From: Patescibacteria group bacterium
GTDB lineage: Bacteria > Patescibacteriota > Minisyncoccia > Phycocordibacterales > PALSA-1337
Length of the DNA: 64,000 nucleotides
Reading direction: 5' to 3'
Assembly: GCA_038061795.1 (NCBI GenBank)
Contig: JBBTYL010000003.1
Span: 128,041-192,040 of the forward strand
Part shown: positions 18,525 through 26,159 of the stretch, piece after piece
Layout: the number at the start of each line of letters is the position of its first letter
Numbering within the stretch: the stretch's first letter is position 1
Notes under the pieces: model-generated
The model's database searches: none
What the model was told of the DNA's origin: nothing
The model's input: the letters and a program-made list of their open reading frames with translations, nothing else
Position numbers and translations under genes: made by a program

Positions 18525-18632
18525 GCTGTAATTGTATCATTCGTAGGGGAAGAAAAACGGGGAGAGGGTGGGGATAACGTGGAGGGTGGGGGATTGTTGT
18601 CAAAACCCCTCTGTCGGCATTTTTACGAAATT

Positions 18633-18656
18633 GCGGAGGAAGAGGGATTCGAATCC
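18633..18656 (-). repeat. tRNA-Ser(CGA) 3'-end fragment, copy 1
   Basis: GCGGAGGAAGAGGGATTCGAATCC matches the 3' acceptor and T-loop half of the tRNA-Ser(CGA) gene (20884-20907) over the first 21 nt. No matching 5' half exists, so it is not a tRNA. Confidence 0.8.
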
Positions 18657-18726
18657 ACAGTAAAAACCTGTAATGTCGGTTGAAATTCAACCGTAGCACT
18701 CGAGAGGCTCTAGATATGTATTATAG

Positions 18727-19626
18727 CTATTTCTTAATTTGATCAACAGCTTGTGACTCATCAAAATCAAGCCATTGGGCCCAACCTCCTAATCTATAAA
18801 TTAGACCTGGCCAATCAAATGTAATGGTTCCATTATCTTCTCTTAGATTTATTTTTTCGCGTACGTCATTTGGCAAATCCTTAACGTATTTAATCCACAT
18901 CGCCTTACCCATATCAGACATCTCACTTGTCCTTGTATATTGAATAATACCGTTAAAAGATTCTACCTTCTCAAAATTAAATCCTGCCTGTAGAAACCAT
19001 TGTTCAAGCTCAGTCTGAGTGGCAAAATATCTAGGTCTTTCATTACCCATATCTTGATATTGTCCAGAAGCCAAATCCTTTAAATTCACAAGGTCATTTA
19101 ATACTTTATTAGTATCATCAGTAGAATAATATGTTTGAAGAATAAATAGCCCATCTTTTTTAAGCACTCTACGTATTTCTTGAAGTGCTTTCAATTGTGC
19201 CTGGCGCGGAAGATCATAAAGTGCAGAACGTAAAAATACACGATCAAATGATCTCTTTAAAAAAGGGGTTGAGATAATTGAAGATTCGACTTTTTGAATT
19301 GCTGGTTCAATCATATTAAGCATGCCTGGGCTAAAATCCAATGCCCAGGCATCAGTCTGAGGAAATTTATCTTTAATTTGGCTAGACAAAAGAGCTGTTC
19401 CGCTCATCGCTTCGAGAACACGTAAACCATCAGACATACGCCCGCTATCAATAAGTTTTGGAATAAACTCATCTTTTCTTATTCCTTCATAAAGAGGACC
19501 GTTCCAGCTTCCAGCAATACGATCGTATCTTTTTTGAAGTGGAATATTTAATATCGGGAAAGAATGGGTTTCGATCTTCAATTCTTCATTATTTTCGCCA
19601 GAAGGAGATTTCTCAAATTTTTCCAT
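18727..19626 (-). CDS. class I SAM-dependent methyltransferase
   Basis: 299 aa with motif I VLEAMSGTA and post-I ALDFSPGM, and the Methyltransf_11-like core DRVFLRSALYDLP...LKKDGLFIL. The gene looks AT-rich by eye. Confidence 0.75.
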   Translation of the reverse strand: MEKFEKSPSGENNEELKIETHSFPILNIPLQKRYDRIAGSWNGPLYEGIRKDEFIPKLIDSGRMSDGLRVLEAMSGTALLSSQIKDKFPQTDAWALDFSPGMLNMIEPAIQKVESSIISTPFLKRSFDRVFLRSALYDLPRQAQLKALQEIRRVLKKDGLFILQTYYSTDDTNKVLNDLVNLKDLASGQYQDMGNERPRYFATQTELEQWFLQAGFNFEKVESFNGIIQYTRTSEMSDMGKAMWIKYVKDLPNDVREKINLREDNGTITFDWPGLIYRLGGWAQWLDFDESQAVDQIKK

Positions 19627-19675
19627 ATAATTAATACTACTATAGTTTCCAATATAGACAACTCATCTCGACTTG

Positions 19676-19716
19676 GCGGAGGAAGAGGGATTCGGTCAGG
19701 AGTCGCTTTCTGCTGA
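19676..19716 (-). repeat. 41-bp direct repeat (left copy); first 19 nt match the tRNA-Ser(CGA) 3' end
   Basis: GCGGAGGAAGAGGGATTCGGTCAGGAGTCGCTTTCTGCTGA is identical to 20740-20780. Confidence 0.9.
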
Positions 19717-19754
19717 GAGAATAACCAAAGCGGCTATAGAGGCCTTGTAGGGCT

Positions 19755-20393
19755 TTAAAATTCAATCTCCTTTCCAAGCTCCAAAGAAATAAATTGTATT
19801 CCTGCTTTTTCTGAATAAAGTTTGAGAAGTCTTTCTGTGATGCCATGTGTCCTTATAAGATTTCCATCATGAACAGGAAAGGCGATTCTCGGTTTTACGT
19901 CAAGAATATAATCAATCGACTGAGCAATGCTGCTCCATGGAGCCGAAACAGGAAATGCCAAAATATCTACAGGAACATTTGGATTATGGAAGGCGTCTCC
20001 AGGGCAGAATAATTTTTTATCAAAAAGATATCCAGTATTTTCTACTTGCTCATAATCACTATAAATAGGCGCGTGAGTTGTGCCATGTCCAGCAATCTCG
20101 ACTCCGCCTATTTCGATTTTTTCTCCGTCTCTGACCTTCGTATATGCAATAGATTCCTTATCAAGAATCTTTCCGACTGAAGCATTAGTGATAATTTGTG
20201 CTTGAGGATTATTCTTTAAAACAATTTTGAGAGACTCAATGTGAAGATGGTCAGTGTGCTCGTGAGTAATAACAATGCAATCAATATTTTTTACCTCATT
20301 TTGTTCAGTAGTATATGCGCCGGGATCAGTCAGAAACCGTTTTTCGTTTATTTCGATAATAAGGCAGCAATGGCCGAGTTTTGTAATTTTCAT
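19755..20393 (-). CDS. MBL-fold metallo-hydrolase
   Basis: 212 aa with the HEHTDH (HxHxDH) metal-binding motif. An extended -10 TGCTAGAAT lies 6 nt upstream of the ATG. Confidence 0.85.
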   Translation of the reverse strand: MKITKLGHCCLIIEINEKRFLTDPGAYTTEQNEVKNIDCIVITHEHTDHLHIESLKIVLKNNPQAQIITNASVGKILDKESIAYTKVRDGEKIEIGGVEIAGHGTTHAPIYSDYEQVENTGYLFDKKLFCPGDAFHNPNVPVDILAFPVSAPWSSIAQSIDYILDVKPRIAFPVHDGNLIRTHGITERLLKLYSEKAGIQFISLELGKEIEF

Positions 20394-20433
20394 ATTTGAA
20401 TTCTAGCACAGGTGAACACAATACCAGGATATA

Positions 20434-20462
20434 TTGACATATTTAACATTAAATGCTATAAT
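20434..20462 (+). promoter_or_regulatory. near-consensus sigma70-type promoter
   Basis: TTGACA (20434-20439), a 17-nt spacer ending in TGC, then TATAAT (20457-20462). The ATG is 9 nt downstream. Confidence 0.7.
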
Positions 20463-20471
20463 ATAAAGCGA

Positions 20472-20684
20472 ATGAATACTTTGAGCGTTCTTTTTACCTT
20501 CGTCCTCGTAACCATCGCAATATCATACGGATTCGGATGGATGTTGGGGGGACCGAAAAAAGCAAATTGGATAGTTTCATGGGAGCTTAAAAAGCTAACC
20601 CAATTCATGCGATGGGCTCTCGGGCTCATCTTTCAGAAGCTAGCAGACCTTTGCAAGCCTCCGAAAAAGAAAAAAATACCTTAA
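20472..20684 (+). CDS. 70-aa membrane protein, unknown function
   Basis: MNTLSVLFTFVLVTIAISYGFGWMLGG has one TM helix and the protein has a basic C-terminus. It is framed by a consensus promoter and a terminator hairpin. Confidence 0.5.
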   Translation: MNTLSVLFTFVLVTIAISYGFGWMLGGPKKANWIVSWELKKLTQFMRWALGLIFQKLADLCKPPKKKKIP

Positions 20685-20688
20685 CCCT

Positions 20689-20724
20689 GGCGAACGACTC
20701 ACACTCGTTCGCCTCAACTTTTAT
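20689..20724 (+). terminator. rho-independent terminator
   Basis: GGCGAACG-ACTCACACT-CGTTCGCC hairpin followed by TCAACTTTT. Confidence 0.6.
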
Positions 20725-20739
20725 ATAGACAAAAATTCT

Positions 20740-20780
20740 GCGGAGGAAGAGGGATTCGGTCAGGAGTCGCTTTCTGCTGA
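20740..20780 (-). repeat. 41-bp direct repeat (right copy)
   Basis: Identical to 19676-19716. It forms the 3' half of the structured element at 20740-20836. Confidence 0.9.
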
Positions 20781-20836
20781 AAGCGCTCCCGACCCGGCCT
20801 CGCTCGCCTGCGCTCGCTCCGGCTTTCTCACCCTCC
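20740..20836 (-). ncRNA. candidate tRNA-Ser-derived structured RNA ('element X'), function unknown
   Basis: On the minus strand, 5' GGAGGGUGAG pairs with 3' CUCUUCCUCC (10 bp, 1 mismatch, 1 G-U). Inside is a 15-bp hairpin GUCGGGAGCGCUUUC-AGCA-GAAAGCGACUCCUGAC. The G-U pairs exist only in the minus-strand reading. There is no valid T-arm, so it is not a functional tRNA. Confidence 0.3.
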
Positions 20837-20884
20837 CCCTACACTAGTTTGCGCAAGCTAAAAAGCTTGCTCAAACTATCGTTG

Positions 20885-20971
20885 CGGAGGAAGAGGGATT
20901 CGAACCCTCGAGACCAGTGAAGGCCTGCCGCTTTTCGAAAGCGGTACTTTAAACCACTCAGCCATTCCTCC
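20885..20971 (-). tRNA. tRNA-Ser (anticodon CGA), long variable arm, CCA not encoded
   Basis: The reverse complement is GGAGGAATGGCTGAGTGGTTTAAAGTACCGCTTTCGAAAAGCGGCAGGCCTTCACTGGTCTCGAGGGTTCGAATCCCTCTTCCTCCG. The anticodon loop is TTCGAAA. Confidence 0.9.
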
Positions 20972-20979
20972 GTATTGTG

Positions 20980-21066
20980 CGGAAGATGAGGGATTTGAAC
21001 CCTCGAAGGCCGTTAAGCCTTACCACCTTTCCAAGATGGCGCACTAGGCCGCTATGCGAATCTTCC
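20980..21066 (-). tRNA. tRNA-Ser (anticodon GGA), long variable arm, CCA not encoded
   Basis: The reverse complement is GGAAGATTCGCATAGCGGCCTAGTGCGCCATCTTGGAAAGGTGGTAAGGCTTAACGGCCTTCGAGGGTTCAAATCCCTCATCTTCCG. The anticodon loop is TTGGAAA. Confidence 0.9.
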
Positions 21067-21078
21067 AATAGCATCATA

Positions 21079-21933
21079 TTACCATCTTCCGCTCGAACCG
21101 CCACCCCCCGACATTCCTCCACCGAATCCCCCGAAACCTCCCCCTGATCCGCCATGCCCGCCACCAAAGCCGCCCCAAAACCCTCCTCCATGTCCTCCAC
21201 CCTTTGAAACAAGAAAATCAATTATGAGGCCAAGAATCGTAAGCCCGATGATTGAGAGAATTCCTGTAAAAAAGAAACCGAATATGAATCCAATGATGAT
21301 TCCTATCACGCCTCCAACCACTCCTCCAAGCCACCACGATTTTGTCCTGCCCAAGATGCTCGCGATGATTATGAAGAGAACAAAGCCATAGTGCTGAAGG
21401 AAATAGATAATTCCTGATGCAGGACTTGCTTCGGGATCAGTAGAGTAGTCAGCCTCGCTTTTCACAACATCGATGATTGCCTGCGTTCCGCTTATAATTC
21501 CCTCTTCCATTTTTCCTTCCCTGAAAGCAGGAACGATGATTTTCTGGATGATTCCGTTCGATTGAGCATCAGTCAGCGCCCCTTCTAGGCCATAGCCGAC
21601 TTCGATGCGGACTTGGCGGTCATTTGGCGCAACTAGGAAAAGCACCCCGTTATCTTTCGCTTCCCCGCCAATTCCCCACTCTTCAAAAAGCTTTACGGCA
21701 TATTTTTCTATCGTTTCATCGCCAAGGGATGGAACAGTCACGACTGCTATCTGTATCGTCGTCTCTTTGCTGAAAGCAGAAAGTCGCTGCTCGAGCTCGG
21801 TCTGTACGGAAGATGAAATAGTTTCAGCATAATCATTCACAAAGCCCTGTGGCTTTCCAGGGCTTGTGTAGGCAGCGGCAGACGCCGCGCTAAAAATAAA
21901 AACTGAAAGAGCGAGAAGTGTGGCTCGCTTCAT
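21079..21933 (-). CDS. TPM-domain (YgcG-like) protein with Gly-rich C-terminal tail
   Basis: The signal peptide starts at MKRATLLALSVFIF. TPM core FVNDYAETIS...IQIAVVTVPSLGDETIEKYAVKLFEEWGIG...RIEVGYGLEG. A TM segment is followed by a GGGHGGGFWGGFGGG tail. Confidence 0.8.
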   Translation of the reverse strand: MKRATLLALSVFIFSAASAAAYTSPGKPQGFVNDYAETISSSVQTELEQRLSAFSKETTIQIAVVTVPSLGDETIEKYAVKLFEEWGIGGEAKDNGVLFLVAPNDRQVRIEVGYGLEGALTDAQSNGIIQKIIVPAFREGKMEEGIISGTQAIIDVVKSEADYSTDPEASPASGIIYFLQHYGFVLFIIIASILGRTKSWWLGGVVGGVIGIIIGFIFGFFFTGILSIIGLTILGLIIDFLVSKGGGHGGGFWGGFGGGHGGSGGGFGGFGGGMSGGGGSSGRW

Positions 21934-21937
21934 GATG

Positions 21938-22492
21938 CTAAAACTTAATCTGCGGAGCATTTTCTGCACCCTCCGTCGCTTCAAAATAGGCTCTCTCATC
22001 AAAGCCAGTCAGAGAAGCTATGATTGAGCTTGGAATCCTCATGACTTTTAGATTGTAAGTTTTTACAGCTTCATTGAATCTCATTCGCTCTACGCTGATG
22101 CGGTTTTCCGTACCCTCATTCTGAGCCATAAGCGTCTGGACTACTTCTGAAGACTTTAGCTGTGGATAATTTTCAGTGATGACAAGAAGCCGTCCGAGGG
22201 CGCTTTCAACCTGCCCGGCTGCTCTGGCCTTTTCATCTACCGTAGTGGCACCGGAATACTTCGTCCTGGCTTCAGCTATAGCCGTAAATACAGCCTGTTC
22301 CTGTCCCATGACGCCTTTCGCTGATTCAACCAGGTTAGGAATGAGATCAAATCGCCTCTGATAGTCGACTTCGACCTGCTTCCACTGGGTATCGGCATTG
22401 ATACTAAGGGTCACTAGGTTGTTATATGTTGAAAATCCATACCACACAGCTGCAAGGACTATGATTATGATTATGACAAGAGTCTTTTTCAT
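21938..22492 (-). CDS. LemA family protein
   Basis: 184 aa with an N-terminal TM helix and a LemA core (YNNLVTLSINADTQWKQVEVDYQRRFDLIPNLV...NRISVERMRFNEAV). It forms the classic pairing with the downstream TPM gene. Confidence 0.88.
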   Translation of the reverse strand: MKKTLVIIIIIVLAAVWYGFSTYNNLVTLSINADTQWKQVEVDYQRRFDLIPNLVESAKGVMGQEQAVFTAIAEARTKYSGATTVDEKARAAGQVESALGRLLVITENYPQLKSSEVVQTLMAQNEGTENRISVERMRFNEAVKTYNLKVMRIPSSIIASLTGFDERAYFEATEGAENAPQIKF

Positions 22493-22514
22493 TTATTTTT
22501 AAATAAGCTAATAA

Positions 22515-23189
22515 CTATTTCTTCGGAGAAACTTTCGTCTCATCCTGTCCTGCCGGACCGACAACGAATTTGAATGACTTGATCATGTCTTTGAACTGGG
22601 CATCAGCAGTATCGACTAGCATGGTGTTTCTGGCGCCGACAGCCTGTGCATCAGCACCGACGAATCCTTTGCTTGTAGGGCTAAGGACAACCGAAGTGAA
22701 TGTGAAAAAGTAACAGATGGAATCCTTCTGCAGAGAATACATCCTGCTGAAGTAATTCCGCCCTTGCACGGTATTTGCGATAGAAATCATATTGAAAGAA
22801 CGGTCATCGACTTTTAGCACATCCCTTTCCTTGACAGTCGTTACTGGAGGAAATGCGCATTTTGACGAAAGGATATCGATCTTGGCCTGAAGATTCCCGA
22901 TCGTATTCTTCTCTTTTGTCGAATCCGTAATCATGCTGAACGTGACGTTGTTAGCCGCCTCCCCGCGCTCCCATGCCGTAGGATACTTGACCGAAAAGCC
23001 CAGCTCGTCATTCTTGTATTCTGAAAGCTTGTCAGAAATCTTGACGGTCTGGCTTGTGGGAACCTTCGGCTCATCTTGCTCTGAGGTGTTTTGATTGTCA
23101 TTGGACAAGCCCCTATTTGAGCTTGTAAATTTCCACGCTACAGCGCCGATAATGGCCACAATCACGACTAAGACGATGATTTTTTTCAT
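22515..23189 (-). CDS. membrane-anchored extracytoplasmic protein, unknown function
   Basis: 224 aa with an N-terminal anchor MKKIIVLVVIVAIIGAVAW. There are no recognisable catalytic motifs. Confidence 0.55.
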   Translation of the reverse strand: MKKIIVLVVIVAIIGAVAWKFTSSNRGLSNDNQNTSEQDEPKVPTSQTVKISDKLSEYKNDELGFSVKYPTAWERGEAANNVTFSMITDSTKEKNTIGNLQAKIDILSSKCAFPPVTTVKERDVLKVDDRSFNMISIANTVQGRNYFSRMYSLQKDSICYFFTFTSVVLSPTSKGFVGADAQAVGARNTMLVDTADAQFKDMIKSFKFVVGPAGQDETKVSPKK

Positions 23190-23234
23190 AATATGAAAAT
23201 TGTACTATTATATGACAAAAAAATCAACGATTCC

Positions 23235-24848
<1,614 letters not shown>

Positions 24849-25166
24849 TTATTTGATTACAGCCAATAATTCGCTCTCTTTAACTATGTAGTACTCTTCA
24901 CCGTCAATCGTTACCTTGTCTCCCCACTGGAAAAGCACTTCATCTCCGACTTTCACCGATACCGGCACCAATTTCCCTTCTTCATATCTTCCTGCTCCGA
25001 CTGCAACTATCTTTCCAGCCTTGCTTCCCTTATCGTCATTTACCGTAATTGGAATTATGATTCCAGAAGCTGTCTTCTTTTCTTTCATATCCGTATTTTC
25101 TTTTATTAAAATCCTATCTCCGAGCGGCTGAATGTTCAGCTTTATTTTTTTTGCGTCTTTTGTCAT
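24849..25166 (-). CDS. groS: co-chaperonin GroES
   Basis: LNIQPLGDRILIKE...KIVAVGAGR...GDEVLF is typical Cpn10. The start at MTKDAKK (25166) has a TATAAT (25174-25179, minus) 7 nt upstream. Confidence 0.93.
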   Translation of the reverse strand: MTKDAKKIKLNIQPLGDRILIKENTDMKEKKTASGIIIPITVNDDKGSKAGKIVAVGAGRYEEGKLVPVSVKVGDEVLFQWGDKVTIDGEEYYIVKESELLAVIK

Positions 25167-25307
25167 GCTTTGTATTATATAGGTAACAGTTGCAAGAACA
25201 ACTTGACTGATCATTAAATAGTATGTGTGTTTGAATAATCAGTAATTCACCGTAATTAGTCAAAGATTTTTTATTATTTCTTCATTTCGGTTTGGTACCG
25301 TTAATGA

Positions 25308-25736
25308 ATGTCGGTACGAAATTTATTCAAAAGATATATAGAGAAATCAAAATATAAAAAGAATGTTGTCATTTATCGCGCTTATGTATGCACTCCAAGA
25401 AAAGAAATACAAGATATTGTGTCAAAAGAGAATCAAAAAATGGTATTTATTTCGACAAAATCATTAAAACACATCTATGACAGGCACGTTTACGAAAAGA
25501 AAAAGCCGAAAGATTTTTACTTTTTAATTAAGAACATTGAAAAGATTATCGGCCGTCCGGATAGAATTTACAAAAACAAGCCGAATAAAAGGGGTGATTT
25601 TATTTTTGTAAAAGAAATGGCAAATCAAACTTATATGTGCACATTGGAAATCGTAAATAAGACAGAATTAGATATAGTTTCAGCTTATATCACTGGCGAA
25701 AAATACCTCTCTAAATTCACACTTTTGTGGAGCTAG
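25308..25736 (+). CDS. hypothetical Lys-rich protein; possible Barnase-EndoU-ColicinE5/D-RelE-like (PBECR-type) nuclease fold
   Basis: 142-aa ORF that looks very AT-rich. The segment SLKHIYDRHVYEKK...IEKIIGRPDRIYKNKPNKRGDFIFVKE resembles the HxxxRH...PD pattern I associate with phage or plasmid PBECR-like domains. This assignment is tentative. Confidence 0.45.
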   Translation: MSVRNLFKRYIEKSKYKKNVVIYRAYVCTPRKEIQDIVSKENQKMVFISTKSLKHIYDRHVYEKKKPKDFYFLIKNIEKIIGRPDRIYKNKPNKRGDFIFVKEMANQTYMCTLEIVNKTELDIVSAYITGEKYLSKFTLLWS

Positions 25737-25873
25737 AGGACGGCGAACCCTCTCTCGTAACACAAATGGATTTTCATCCATCCATGCCCCGCAGTAGAGC
25801 CATTTCTGCATTTAGCCCCGCAAAAAAGCAAATTTATATCGAAATAGTATCAGAAGGTATTTCTTCTTGCAAC

Positions 25874-25902
25874 TTGCACCTCCAATCCCGATATGCTATA
25901 GT
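25874..25902 (+). promoter_or_regulatory. secG promoter
   Basis: TTGCAC (25874-25879), a 17-nt spacer ending in TGC, then TATAGT (25897-25902). The ATG is 8 nt downstream. Confidence 0.6.
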
Positions 25903-25910
25903 ACCCCGCA

Positions 25911-26141
25911 ATGAAGACTATCGCTTCTCTACTTCCGTACACGCAGATTGTACTTGCGGTTATACTTGTAACGGCAATACTACTACAAAGAACCGGCGCT
26001 CAAGTCGGCGGCGCTTTCGGCGGCAGCGACAATTTCAGCTCGGCTTTCCATACCCGACGCGGATTTGAAAAGACTCTCTTCATTATAACGATTGTAGTTG
26101 CTATCCTCTTCGCAGTTTCAGCTCTCGTTACTCTTATCTAA
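25911..26141 (+). CDS. secG: preprotein translocase subunit SecG
   Basis: 76 aa with two TM helices and the central Gly-rich loop QRTGAQVGGAFGGS typical of SecG. Confidence 0.85.
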   Translation: MKTIASLLPYTQIVLAVILVTAILLQRTGAQVGGAFGGSDNFSSAFHTRRGFEKTLFIITIVVAILFAVSALVTLI

Positions 26142-26159
26142 CACTAATTACATACCGAA

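Larger units (their letters stand above)
19676..20780. mobile_element. putative integrated mini-islet bounded by perfect 41-bp direct repeats (no recombinase gene inside)
   Basis: The direct repeats at 19676-19716 and 20740-20780 flank 1,023 bp. That segment carries an MBL hydrolase gene and a promoter-plus-terminator-equipped 70-aa membrane protein gene. Confidence 0.35.

Noticed and set aside
18633-18720. A complete tRNA gene at the first tRNA-like repeat
   Set aside because: Only the last ~21 nt match tRNA-Ser. The upstream sequence cannot form a T-stem or a matching 5' acceptor strand.
19640-19846. 68-aa minus-strand ORF spanning the 41-bp repeat
   Set aside because: It overlaps the direct repeat and the 3' end of the MBL gene, and has no promoter-start pattern.
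20958-21221. 87-aa minus-strand ORF
   Set aside because: It overlaps both tRNA-Ser genes and the 3' end of the TPM gene.
25727-26068. 113-aa plus-strand ORF
   Set aside because: It overlaps the well-supported secG in another frame. Its composition is Arg/Ser-rich junk, and the secG promoter lies inside it.
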